Below are positions 54,673-63,998 of a DNA stretch of 64,000 nucleotides, piece after piece. The translations under genes and the position numbers were made by a program. Within the stretch, counting starts at the first letter, position 1. The number at the start of each line of letters is the position of its first letter. The notes under the pieces are model-generated. The model saw nothing but the letters and a program-made list of their open reading frames with translations, was not told where the DNA came from and did not search any database. The stretch is from NCBI GenBank assembly GCA_965242865.1, contig CBDETK010000013.1, positions 4,384,001-4,448,000 of the forward strand, in the 5' to 3' direction. Source of the DNA: Candidatus Latescibacterota bacterium (GTDB taxonomy: Bacteria; Latescibacterota; UBA2968; UBA8231).

Positions 54673-56742
54673 CTAGTACGCGACCCCGACGACGCGGCTT
54701 TGCTCGGCGTCGCCCGAATCACCAGCGACAAAGACGCGGGCCACGTACAGGCCCGGAGGAACGGCGCGACCGTGGTCGTCGCGGCCATCCCACGCTTTGT
54801 CTGTGTAGCGGCCATTGGCCTCTTCGCCGGCAAAGAGGACGCGCACGCGCCGGCCGCTCAAGTCGTAGAGCGCGACCTCAACCGGCCGCGGGGTGCTCAG
54901 TGCCAGCAGGTTGTAGAGGATGATCGCCTCGTCGTTGATGCCGTCGCCATTGGGGGTAAACGGATTGGGCGCAGCCTGCACTTGGCCCAACAGCTGCCCC
55001 TCGGCCAATACGGACGGGCTGAGTACCGTGGTGCCGGAAAAGGCGTCCTCGTCGCCCGCGCCCAAAAAGGCCACATTGCCCGGGTCGATCACTTGGGCGG
55101 CGCTCGGCTCGGTCGTGCTCCGCGCCGCGGCGGTGAAGTTGGTGCTGTACGTCAGCACGTTGGTCTGGAAGCGAATATGCACCTGCGTCTGGTCTTCGGT
55201 CACCGCGGGGAAGCGCACGGCAAAGCGGTCGTCGGCCACCTCGACAATGGCGAAGTCCCCACTCGCCTCGTCGAGATCGTGGTGCTCGGCCGCGATCGCG
55301 CCATTGGCATGGACGATCTGCACTGCGTCGATGCTCGACACGCGCGTCGGCGTGTTGATCTCAACGGTGTCGAAGCCGCGCAGGCCGGCCGTACCCATGG
55401 CGGCGCGCACGGCAAAGGTAAAGGACACTTCCTCAGCCACCGTTACCTCGCGGGGAAAGACTTCGCCGACCAAGGCGTCGGCAAACGGCGGCGTCAACAG
55501 CTCGAAGCTCAGCGCCCGGATCACCCGCGCCGCCTCTAGGTCGCTGCTGTTAAAAACGACCTCGAACTGCATGTAGCGGCGCGGGCTAGGCGAGACAATA
55601 GGCCCGTCCGCCGGATACGGCGTGCTGAAGGGGCTCCAATTGATCAGGTCGTCGGTCACGGCCCCGGCCATCCACTCGCGGCCGGCCGCATCGGTAACGG
55701 GCGTCTGGCCGGCCTTTTGGGGAAAGGTGCGGTACTCGGCTAGGCCCATCTCCTCCCCGGGGTTTTCCAGCGAAAAAGGGATGTCCTCGGCGTCTTGCTT
55801 GCCGCGCAGGCGGCGGGTGTACACAAAGGGCGAGGTGTCCGTGCCGGTGCGCGTGCGGATCTGCGCGCTGGAGAAGCGCGGGTCGCCCAACGCCTCTTCC
55901 ACCCAGCGCAGAGTGCCCCACACGGCCGGTTGCCCGGCGTCGAAAATGTTGGACACGTACTGGGCCCGCGACAAAAAGCCCTTGCCGAAAACCTCGATCT
56001 CGTCGATCTCAAAATCCACCGGCGAAGTCGCCCGCAAGCGCAGGTGCTGGACGTAGCGCGGGGGGTCGAGCGGCACGTCGATAACCGCAACTTGATTGTC
56101 GGTTTCGGCGATCAGGGGCTTCCAGATTGGGGTGTTCTCGCTGGTCAGGTTTAGGCCGTCGTTGGTAAACAGCTCGTAAGCCCGTAGGTAGTCGTTTTGG
56201 AAGGGGGTTGAGGGCGAGGCGACGACCGTGTTGCGCGGATAGATGCGGATCCGCTCCACCCCGAAGCGCGCTCCTAAATTGAGCAATACCAAGATGCCGA
56301 GGGCGTTCTGGCTCTTGCGCTCAAAGGCCAACAACTCGCCGCCCGGCTCGTCCGCGAGCAGCTCCTTTAACATCATCTCCAAGTCGAGCGGCTTGAACGT
56401 GCCACTGAAGTCGAAGACGTTGGGCGATTCAATGGTGCCGCCGCGGTCGATGGTGCCGACAGCCACGTTTTCTCCCTCGGCAATGCGCCGGGGCAGGATG
56501 CTGTGGGCAAAGTCCTCGCGGGTGAATTCGATTAAGTCGCCGGGCGCATTGCCCACCAGCAGGTTGTTGGGGTTCAAGGGCGAGCGGTGCTCGGCGTCTA
56601 TCGTAGAGACGGCCGCCTCGCCGTTGCCCTGCCAGTCCAAGTCGCCGCCCTCTCCAATCGAGACCGCGTCGAGGGCCAAACCTCCGCTCGACAGATAGAG
56701 CACCCAGGCGAAGCTAGCGGCCGCAGCACAATGCGCTTTCAT
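54673..56742 (-). CDS. Secreted FlgD-Ig/CHU-type CTD protein, subtype A (copy 2)
   Basis: GGAGG RBS before ATG 56742; RIRIYPRNTV, EIEVFGKGF, RTRTG, NWSPFS; CTD NPFTPNGDGIND...VAY. Confidence 0.85.
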   Translation of the reverse strand: MKAHCAAAASFAWVLYLSSGGLALDAVSIGEGGDLDWQGNGEAAVSTIDAEHRSPLNPNNLLVGNAPGDLIEFTREDFAHSILPRRIAEGENVAVGTIDRGGTIESPNVFDFSGTFKPLDLEMMLKELLADEPGGELLAFERKSQNALGILVLLNLGARFGVERIRIYPRNTVVASPSTPFQNDYLRAYELFTNDGLNLTSENTPIWKPLIAETDNQVAVIDVPLDPPRYVQHLRLRATSPVDFEIDEIEVFGKGFLSRAQYVSNIFDAGQPAVWGTLRWVEEALGDPRFSSAQIRTRTGTDTSPFVYTRRLRGKQDAEDIPFSLENPGEEMGLAEYRTFPQKAGQTPVTDAAGREWMAGAVTDDLINWSPFSTPYPADGPIVSPSPRRYMQFEVVFNSSDLEAARVIRALSFELLTPPFADALVGEVFPREVTVAEEVSFTFAVRAAMGTAGLRGFDTVEINTPTRVSSIDAVQIVHANGAIAAEHHDLDEASGDFAIVEVADDRFAVRFPAVTEDQTQVHIRFQTNVLTYSTNFTAAARSTTEPSAAQVIDPGNVAFLGAGDEDAFSGTTVLSPSVLAEGQLLGQVQAAPNPFTPNGDGINDEAIILYNLLALSTPRPVEVALYDLSGRRVRVLFAGEEANGRYTDKAWDGRDDHGRAVPPGLYVARVFVAGDSGDAEQSRVVGVAY

Positions 56743-56890
56743 TGCAATCCTCCGTGCGATTTGCGGCATAAAACAACCAAAGTACCGGCATAAATCAAGT
56801 TGAGCGCGGCTCGCCCGGCCCATGCCGAACTTGCTAAACGGCCCTCTCCTTTTCTTAATTACCAGCACTCAGTACTCAAGGAAGAGACCC

Positions 56891-59011
56891 ATGCAGCGCA
56901 TCATCGCTTTGTGTTTCCTGCTCGTCCTGTCCATGGCGCCGGCGCACGGCCGCGGGGAGTTTCGCGTTGGCGGGGCCGCTGGCAACCCTTGGTCCAGCCT
57001 GCTGTCGGAAGAAGGGGCCGGCGAGTACTGGCTCTTTGATGCCGAGGGCCAGCGCACGAGCACCGAACTCGTGGGCGTCACGCCCCACGGCGCGGCCGCC
57101 GACACCCTGATTGACTTTGCCGACGACGCCATTGGGCCGCGCTTCATCGACCCATTGGTCAATCTGACCCGCACCGATCCCAATTCCTCGTCCATCAAAA
57201 TTCCCCTGCCCTATATCGGCGGCGAGGCCCAGACCACCGATGGCTGCGGTGCGGTCGATAACCACACGCCCGTAGTCAAGAAGCAATTCGATGGCGATGT
57301 GACCACGGCGCACTTTCGTCGCTTCACCCCCGGTCAAGGCATCTTCAGCGGCGGCACCATCATCGCCGGGGTCACGGGCGAAGGCTGGAAAAACTCCGTG
57401 GTCATCGATTTTCGGGCGGCCGTACCGGTCAACCGCATTCGCTTCTTTCCGCGCCTCGGCCAAGAGGACGACCTATTGCTCATCAACGAACTCACCGAGC
57501 CGCGGCCCTCGTTGGCAACCTTTGGCGTAGATAGCTTTGCCAGCAACTTTCTCGCGTGGTACGAAATCCGCGTCGGCGACAACAATGTGCGCTTTGCCAA
57601 CAGCCCCTGCGACAAGGTCAGTGCCAACCTCTACGGCCTGCGCTGGGTGCGCAACCAAGACCCCGAGCTGACCGTGCTCGAATCCAACCGCGAAAACCTC
57701 GACCCCGTAGTAGAGCTGCGCTTTCCCACCGAGTCGATCCGCTGGATCACGGCCCAAGCCTTCCCCTTGCGCGACTGGGAGGTCGCTGAATTTGAGGTGT
57801 ACGGCGAGGGCTTTGTCGAGGAGACCGTGCTCGTCACCCAGATTCTCGACTTTGGCCAGCCGATCAACTGGGGCAAAATTCGCTGGGACGCCGCGGTGCC
57901 CGAGGGCACTCGCATTGAGGTCCGCACCCGCACCGGCAACACCCCGGACCCCAGCCTCTATTTCGCCGAAAACATCAACGGCGACATCCGCCCGATCACC
58001 TTGGCCGCGTACGAAAAGCTCGACCCGTCCGGCCGCCTGCCCACCGTGTACGACACCGACAACTGGAGCTTCTGGTCGCCGCCCTACGACTTTGCCGCGG
58101 GCTTGCGCGACAGCGCGGCACCGGACGAGGCGTGGCGCGACGGTACGCCGCTGTTGTCGCCCGGGCCGAGCCGCTACATCCAGCTCTCCTTTCGCCTGTT
58201 CGCCACCTTTACCACCGCGCCCCGCATCCGCTCCCTCGCGCTCCAATTCGGCAATGCACCGGCCGCCCGCGAAGTCCTCGGCGAGGTGTGGCCCATTGCC
58301 GTTGATTCCTTTGCGCCGCGGGAGTTTACGTACATCGTCCGGCCGGAGTTCAGTGCCGAAGACACCGGCTTTGACCGGCTGGAAATCCGCACGCACGCCC
58401 AAGTCCAATCCGTCGCGGGAGTTAGACGCGACGGCACCGCACTCGACTTGGACGACTTTGTCCCAAATATCCAAGCCGACCGCCTCGTGGTGTCCTTTCC
58501 CCGCCTGCAAGGCGAGGACGACAGCTTCAAGCAGCTCGAAGTGCGCTTTGTGGTGCCGGTCTTGCGCTTTGGCACCGAGTTTTCGGGCTGGGTTTTCGAC
58601 AGCGACGACCCCGATCAGATCAAACAGCAAGTCCGCCCGGGCAACGCCACCTTTCGCTTTTCGGGCGACGCGCTCGCGGTCAACACGCCCGTTGGCGGCC
58701 GGCTCCTCGTCAATGTGGCGGTGACTTCCAACCCACTTACGCCGAATGGCGACGGGCTGAACGAGACCGTGGAAATTGCCTACAAGCTGCGCGAGGTCAC
58801 GGCTGTTCGCCGGGTGCGGCTGGCGATCTACGACCTCGCCGGCCAGCTCGTGGTCGAGCTGCCGCCCATTGCCGCACGCAGCGGCGAGTTCGCCCATCGC
58901 TGGGACGGCCGCGACGCCGCTCGGCAACTCGTCCCCCCGGGCACCTATATCTGGCGGCTGCAATTAGAAGAGCAAGAAGAACGCGCCGGCATCCTCGCGG
59001 TTGCGTACTGA
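56891..59011 (+). CDS. Secreted FlgD-Ig/CHU-type CTD protein, subtype B (copy 2)
   Basis: Signal peptide; RIRFFPRLG, EFEVYGEGF, WGKIRW, NWSFWS; CTD NPLTPNGDGLNE...VAY. Confidence 0.85.
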   Translation: MQRIIALCFLLVLSMAPAHGRGEFRVGGAAGNPWSSLLSEEGAGEYWLFDAEGQRTSTELVGVTPHGAAADTLIDFADDAIGPRFIDPLVNLTRTDPNSSSIKIPLPYIGGEAQTTDGCGAVDNHTPVVKKQFDGDVTTAHFRRFTPGQGIFSGGTIIAGVTGEGWKNSVVIDFRAAVPVNRIRFFPRLGQEDDLLLINELTEPRPSLATFGVDSFASNFLAWYEIRVGDNNVRFANSPCDKVSANLYGLRWVRNQDPELTVLESNRENLDPVVELRFPTESIRWITAQAFPLRDWEVAEFEVYGEGFVEETVLVTQILDFGQPINWGKIRWDAAVPEGTRIEVRTRTGNTPDPSLYFAENINGDIRPITLAAYEKLDPSGRLPTVYDTDNWSFWSPPYDFAAGLRDSAAPDEAWRDGTPLLSPGPSRYIQLSFRLFATFTTAPRIRSLALQFGNAPAAREVLGEVWPIAVDSFAPREFTYIVRPEFSAEDTGFDRLEIRTHAQVQSVAGVRRDGTALDLDDFVPNIQADRLVVSFPRLQGEDDSFKQLEVRFVVPVLRFGTEFSGWVFDSDDPDQIKQQVRPGNATFRFSGDALAVNTPVGGRLLVNVAVTSNPLTPNGDGLNETVEIAYKLREVTAVRRVRLAIYDLAGQLVVELPPIAARSGEFAHRWDGRDAARQLVPPGTYIWRLQLEEQEERAGILAVAY

Positions 59012-59016
59012 TAACC

Positions 59017-59048
59017 GCGGCCGGGCTTGTTCCCTCGCCGCTTTTTTT
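59017..59048 (+). terminator. Possible intrinsic terminator
   Basis: Imperfect GC stem (GCGGC..GGG/CCC..GCCGC) followed by T7. Confidence 0.45.
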
Positions 59049-59089
59049 GTACCTTTGCTCTCAATTGAGCCATTAAGTAGTATCAAACT

Positions 59090-59111
59090 TGTGTAAACGC
59101 TTGTTTACACA
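59090..59111. promoter_or_regulatory. Perfect inverted repeat, putative operator
   Basis: TGTGTAAAC-GCTT-GTTTACACA, about 35 nt upstream of the ATG at 59147. Confidence 0.55.
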
Positions 59112-59146
59112 GCATTTATCACTTACTCCTAAGGAGGGTTTTCGCT

Positions 59147-60058
59147 ATGCAAGAGCGGACCAAATTCGTCTTAGCGGCCGCGCTGGTCATGGGCTTGTGC
59201 GGTACGTCCTTTGGCCACGCGCCTCCCGGCGAGCTTTACTTCGCCGTGCAATTCCCCGACAACCTCGTCCCCACGATGGACGGCGACCTGTCGGACTGGG
59301 ATGTCGTGCCGATTGATCCGTACACGATCCGCAACGACCGCCTCTACTCGCCGGTGGCCGATATTCAGCCGGTGGGCCGCGGCGAGATCGATGTCAGCGA
59401 CATCAACATCCGCCACCTCATCGGCTGGAACGACAGCGCGAACAAGCTCTACTACATGTCCGAGGTGTTCGACAATGTCCACAACCTAGACCGCGAAAAT
59501 CCCTCGGCCTTCTGGCAGGACGACGCTTGGGAAGTAGAGGTCAACCCGGACCACACGCCGACCGAGGAGCACAACCTCGAAGGCGAGCCGGCCAACAACT
59601 TCAGCTACAAGTGGGCCGTGCCGCCGGTGGAAGGGGCCTATCAGTTCTACCGTCCGGTCAGTGCGCTAGAGTGGCTGGTCGATGGCAGCGAATGGGTGGA
59701 CTTTGGCTGGGGGTACGACGGCGAGCAGTTCGGCGAGAGCACCTATTACTACGAGCTGGCCATCACGCCAATCACCTCGCTGCCCAACGACGCGTCGGCT
59801 ACTCCCGATCAGGCCGTGGTTTTCGATCTCGCGGAAGAGGAGATCATCCACACGTCTGTGACCGTGGGCGACTTCGACGAGCCATGCACCGAGTGTGCGC
59901 TCGAAAGCTATCAAGGCTTCTGGACCATGTCGCCGGAAATGTGCTGCACAGCCACCAACGACGTGGTGTTGGCCCCGCTAGAGCCTTCGATGGCGGCCGC
60001 AGCCGACGGGACCTCGGTCGAGGACGTGAGCTGGGGGCAGATCAAGGCCGCGTACTAA
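59147..60058 (+). CDS. Acidic secreted protein, CBM9/DOMON-like, with C-terminal SWGxIK motif
   Basis: AAGGAGG RBS; signal peptide; MDGDLSDW, WQDDAWEV; ends TSVEDVSWGQIKAAY. Confidence 0.7.
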   Translation: MQERTKFVLAAALVMGLCGTSFGHAPPGELYFAVQFPDNLVPTMDGDLSDWDVVPIDPYTIRNDRLYSPVADIQPVGRGEIDVSDINIRHLIGWNDSANKLYYMSEVFDNVHNLDRENPSAFWQDDAWEVEVNPDHTPTEEHNLEGEPANNFSYKWAVPPVEGAYQFYRPVSALEWLVDGSEWVDFGWGYDGEQFGESTYYYELAITPITSLPNDASATPDQAVVFDLAEEEIIHTSVTVGDFDEPCTECALESYQGFWTMSPEMCCTATNDVVLAPLEPSMAAAADGTSVEDVSWGQIKAAY

Positions 60059-60086
60059 AAGCGGCGACCGCTTCTTCAGGGTATGC

Positions 60087-60120
60087 AAACGCCCTGCTTC
60101 CTTCGGGGAGCAGGGCGTTT
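60087..60120. terminator. Bidirectional intrinsic terminator
   Basis: AAACGCCCTGCTTCC-TTCG-GGGAGCAGGGCGTTT hairpin between convergent genes. Confidence 0.85.
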
Positions 60121-60177
60121 GTTTGGATTCATCGCTAAAGGCATTTTTGGCCGACCTTCGAGCCAAGTTACGGCGGG

Positions 60178-60996
60178 CTACCCTTCCTCCCGCGCCACCT
60201 TCCCCTTGACGATCCGCTCGGCCAGCGGCGGCCACAAGGCGTGGACCACCGCCAGCAGCCGCAGCCGTCGAGGCACGTATAGCTGCGGCTGTCGCTTCTG
60301 CATCCCGCGCACAATGGCCTGCGCCGCAGCCTCCAAGCTCACGGCTTCGGCGCGGTGTTTGCGCGATGCAGCCCCCAACGCCTTCCCGTCCTTCCCCAGA
60401 GCGCGTTGCCGGAGATCGGTCCCCTTGAGCCAGTGCAAGAGCACGGTCATCACCCCCACCCCGCTAGCGGCCACCTCCATCCGCAGCGCGTCGCAAAACC
60501 CCTGCAGCGCGTGTTTGGACGCGGAATACCCACTGTGCAGCGGCACCCCCACCTGCCCCTGAATGGACGAAATGGCCACGAAAAGGCCCTTGCTTTTTTT
60601 AAGATGCGGCAGCGCTGGATGCACGCAGTACACAGCCCCCAAGTAATTCACCTCCATCAGGGTGCGGAACAACGCCACCTCCTCGACCGCGGCAAATTCG
60701 GTCCACATGCTGAGGCCGGCGTTGGCGACCAAGTAGTCTATGCGGCCAAAGCGTGCGATCGCGGCCGCGACCAGCCGCTGGCCGGCCTCGGCGCGGGCCA
60801 CATCCCCGACGACGGTTTGCACCTCGCTGCCCGCCTGCTCGCAGGCGCGGGCCACGGCCGCTAGCCGCTCGGCATTGCGCGCCAAAATGACCAGCCGCGC
60901 TTCCCGCTGGGCGCATTCCAACGCCAGCGTCGCGCCCAAGCCCGTAGAAGCCCCGGTGATAACGACGGTCTTATTGCTCAGGCTCGTCGGGCGCAC
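60178..60996 (-). CDS. Short-chain dehydrogenase/reductase, DHRS7/DHRS7B-like
   Basis: TGASTGLG, NAG, VAISSIQG, YSASKHA. Start uncertain; it overlaps the upstream gene end. Confidence 0.85.
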   Translation of the reverse strand: MRPTSLSNKTVVITGASTGLGATLALECAQREARLVILARNAERLAAVARACEQAGSEVQTVVGDVARAEAGQRLVAAAIARFGRIDYLVANAGLSMWTEFAAVEEVALFRTLMEVNYLGAVYCVHPALPHLKKSKGLFVAISSIQGQVGVPLHSGYSASKHALQGFCDALRMEVAASGVGVMTVLLHWLKGTDLRQRALGKDGKALGAASRKHRAEAVSLEAAAQAIVRGMQKRQPQLYVPRRLRLLAVVHALWPPLAERIVKGKVAREEG

Positions 60997-62812
60997 GGCC
61001 AAAAATCCCGTTTTGAATGCCAAAGATGTTCTGGGGATCCAGAGCCTGTTTGGTCTGGCGCAAGACCGCGATGCTGTTGTCGCTCTGGATGTGCCGGACG
61101 AAGCTCTGGCGAATTTTGCCAACCCCGTGGTGGTGGGACAGGGAGCCGCCGTGGTCCAAAATCGTCTGCCGCAGGGCGTGCTCAATGTCGTGATAGACCT
61201 CAATGGGGCGCGCCAATCCCCGCCCGGAAAACCCCATCGTAAAGTAGATGCACACCCCGGTGTGGTAGGTCTGCGTCACCCGGTACGACAGGTACGGCCG
61301 CCCGGCCACGCCGCGGGTGCTGCACTGCACGACGAGCTCGGCTTGCACGGCCTGCGTCACAGCGTGAATGCGGCTCCAAGGCACAGAGGTCTCAAAGGTC
61401 TCGCCCAAGAAATCGAACTGGTTCAAAAAGTCGCGGATATAGGCGATCCCAAAGGTCAGCATGTACCCGCGTCGGCCGTTGGTGGCCCCGGCGCTCCGGC
61501 CACCGTGGGCCTTGGCCAGCTTGAAGATCGTCCGCTTCTGGTGGGCCACCTCGGCGCGGCCCCCTTCCATGGCAATCGTACACGCCGCCATTTTTAGCGG
61601 GTCAAATCCCAATACCTTCAGTAGGGCGAACTTCTGCACCTTTTCCTTGAGCTGCTGTACGGGAGAGGGCGCGGCCTTGAGCGCCTGTCCAAAGCGGAAC
61701 TCTTGGTTGTTGACCAAGCGGATGCTCGCCGGCAAGGTCCCGGTCTGGCGCAACGCCTGCAAGTACTCCACGCCTTGGGCAAAGGACTTGAACACCAGCG
61801 AACCGTATTCGCGCACCTCTGGCAGGGGATGAATTTTGAGCACGGCCTTGGTGATGATGCCTAAGTTGCCCTCCGAGCCGAAAAGCAGCCCGCGCGGCTG
61901 GATGCCGGTCGAGTTGCGCGGGGTGGTGTGCAAGGTCTCCAGCGCACCGGTCGGCGTCACCAAGGTCGCTTCGAGCACGATGTCCTCGATGTTGCCGTAG
62001 CGGTTTTTCTTCATGCCGCTGGCGTTGGTCGCGATCCAGCCGCCCAAGGTCGAAAGCTCGATGCTGTCTGGGTCGTGGCCGGCCGTGTAGCCCCGGGCGG
62101 CGAGCGTGCGCTCCAGCTCCTTGCCCGAAATCCCCGCTTCAACGCAGGCTTGGAAGTTGTCCTCGTCGAGCTCGACGATCCGGTTCATGCGTCGCATGTC
62201 AACCGAGGCAAAGACGCGGTCGTCGTCGGCCGGCAGGGCCAACGCGCCGCTGACGTTGGTGCCGCCGCCGTAGGGCACGAGGCAAACGTCGCGCTCGGCC
62301 GCGAGGCGCACGATGACGCCCACCTGCTCTTCGCTTTCGGGGTACAGCACCAGATCGACCACGCGCTCCAAGTCGGAGCCGTAGAGCAGGCGATAGACCT
62401 CGTCGACGCTGAGCTGGCCGTGGCTGTGGATGAGGCGCTCGTCGTCGTCGAGCGAAACGCGCTCCGCGCCGAGCGCGGCCTGCCAAGCAGCGACGAGGCG
62501 GGCGTCGGCCCGCGAAGGCGGTACGCGATGATCCTCTTTTTCAATCGCTCGCTCGTCGGGATCGATCGGGACTTGAAGCATCTCCTCGACAAAGGGGATG
62601 AAATGGGGCATGGTGAAGCCGGCCAGCGGATAGCGCCGGCCCGTAACCCGCACGGTCTTAGGCCCGTCAAACTCAAAGCGGGTGTCCGCGTACCCCCATT
62701 TGTGCGGATGGCGTTCTCCGTCGGATACATCGTAGCACGCATCGGCCACGGCGTGGCGCACCACGGCCGCGGCGACTGCGACGACCGCGAGGACGACGGC
62801 GAATTCGATCAT
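60971..62812 (-). CDS. agpS: Alkyl-dihydroxyacetonephosphate synthase-like FAD oxidoreductase
   Basis: WGYADT, PYGGGTNVS, GHDPDSIELSTLGGW, ASGMKKNRYGNIED, GSEGNLG, RVTQTY, SLSHHHGVGK. Confidence 0.85.
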   Translation of the reverse strand: MIEFAVVLAVVAVAAAVVRHAVADACYDVSDGERHPHKWGYADTRFEFDGPKTVRVTGRRYPLAGFTMPHFIPFVEEMLQVPIDPDERAIEKEDHRVPPSRADARLVAAWQAALGAERVSLDDDERLIHSHGQLSVDEVYRLLYGSDLERVVDLVLYPESEEQVGVIVRLAAERDVCLVPYGGGTNVSGALALPADDDRVFASVDMRRMNRIVELDEDNFQACVEAGISGKELERTLAARGYTAGHDPDSIELSTLGGWIATNASGMKKNRYGNIEDIVLEATLVTPTGALETLHTTPRNSTGIQPRGLLFGSEGNLGIITKAVLKIHPLPEVREYGSLVFKSFAQGVEYLQALRQTGTLPASIRLVNNQEFRFGQALKAAPSPVQQLKEKVQKFALLKVLGFDPLKMAACTIAMEGGRAEVAHQKRTIFKLAKAHGGRSAGATNGRRGYMLTFGIAYIRDFLNQFDFLGETFETSVPWSRIHAVTQAVQAELVVQCSTRGVAGRPYLSYRVTQTYHTGVCIYFTMGFSGRGLARPIEVYHDIEHALRQTILDHGGSLSHHHGVGKIRQSFVRHIQSDNSIAVLRQTKQALDPQNIFGIQNGIFGRAPDEPEQ

Positions 62813-62845
62813 GGCTTCATCTCCTGGGAGGCAGGGGGCACCAAC

Positions 62846-63898
62846 CTACAGCCCCTCCTGCACATCCTTTTTCCGCACTTTCCAGATAAATGCGTCGTAG
62901 TAGTAGTGGATCAGGGCAAAGGAACTGAGCAGCGAATAGCTGAAGAGGTCGAAATTGGTGTTGAAGCCGACGAGGCCAAAGCCAAAGTCGCGCACCAAGC
63001 CCTCGCTCAGCGCGTGAAAGACGAGGGCGTAGGCCGCGCACAGCAGGATAAAGAACTTGACGCCCCGCTTGCTCGCCACGTAGCGCAGGAGGGCTGAATC
63101 GCCGCCCGTGCGCTCGACCTTGTGGCGGTTGTAGAAGTACACCATGACGATGTACTGAATCCCGTGCATGATCCGGTGCGCCACCGCAAACACGAGCAGA
63201 TAGGCCGTGGTAAAACTGGTGAAGTACCACAGGAAATAGCTCGACAGCAAAAAGGCGTACTTGAGGGGATTGAGGGCCAAGCCGCGCCGGGCGCAATAGG
63301 CGATGTGCCCCAAGTAAATCAGGCCGTAGCCAATGGCAAGGGTCCACGAAATTTGATGGACCCATTGCACGGCCTCCGCGCTGATCGGCAAGTGCCACTC
63401 GTGCAACATGCGCACCCAGACCGCGGAAAACAGCGGCGACACCACGAGCATATTGCCAAAGAAGATCCAATTGAAGGCCAAGTCGAACTTGGCGGTGGCC
63501 GGAGCGCCGGCCTTGGCCTTGAAGTCGTACACGCGCGCAAAGCCGTATTGCTGCATCAAGCTGTGCTGGTGATCCCACAAGGTCACGATCAACACCAAAC
63601 TCAACGGCGCCCACTGGATCAGGCCGTACGCAAAGGCGACCAACACCACCGGCCCGACGATGAACCGCTCCTTGAAGCGGGCGAACTCGGCCGGCGAGCC
63701 ATAGACGCGCAGCCACGTGACAAAGTGGTGGGGAATGGTCACCCACAGGGCAATGGCCGCTAGCGCAGCCCCCGGCAGGTAGTGCCCGGACACCAGCGCA
63801 AAGCAGACCGCGGCAAAGGGCAGGCTCACAAACCAGATGTAGTCCTGCCGGCGATCGACGATATAAGCAGGTTGGAGAACGATGGAATTAGTCGCCAT
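62846..63898 (-). CDS. Polytopic membrane protein with conserved His motifs (putative non-haem metal enzyme)
   Basis: About 9 TM; PHH, WDHQHSLMQ, HRIMHGIQY, HYYYDAFIW. Confidence 0.65.
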   Translation of the reverse strand: MATNSIVLQPAYIVDRRQDYIWFVSLPFAAVCFALVSGHYLPGAALAAIALWVTIPHHFVTWLRVYGSPAEFARFKERFIVGPVVLVAFAYGLIQWAPLSLVLIVTLWDHQHSLMQQYGFARVYDFKAKAGAPATAKFDLAFNWIFFGNMLVVSPLFSAVWVRMLHEWHLPISAEAVQWVHQISWTLAIGYGLIYLGHIAYCARRGLALNPLKYAFLLSSYFLWYFTSFTTAYLLVFAVAHRIMHGIQYIVMVYFYNRHKVERTGGDSALLRYVASKRGVKFFILLCAAYALVFHALSEGLVRDFGFGLVGFNTNFDLFSYSLLSSFALIHYYYDAFIWKVRKKDVQEGL

Positions 63899-63998
63899 GA
63901 GCAGTGGCCAACAGGGCTAACGCCACAGCGTCGGGGCTGAAGCGGATTTCGTGGGCGCGACGCTGGCGCACGGTCGCGGCCAGCTCCTGCACCGCCGC
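63888..63998 (-). CDS. 3' end of an upstream gene cut by the window edge
   Basis: Open frame ...AAVQELAATVRQRRAHEIRFSPDAVALALLATAHGD* overlapping the next start. Confidence 0.5.
   Translation of the reverse strand, partial: AAVQELAATVRQRRAHEIRFSPDAVALALLATAHGD

Noticed and set aside
59050-59057. Bacteroidetes-type TAnnTTTG promoter element
   Set aside because: A single short match overlapping a terminator tail, while other promoters here look sigma70-canonical.
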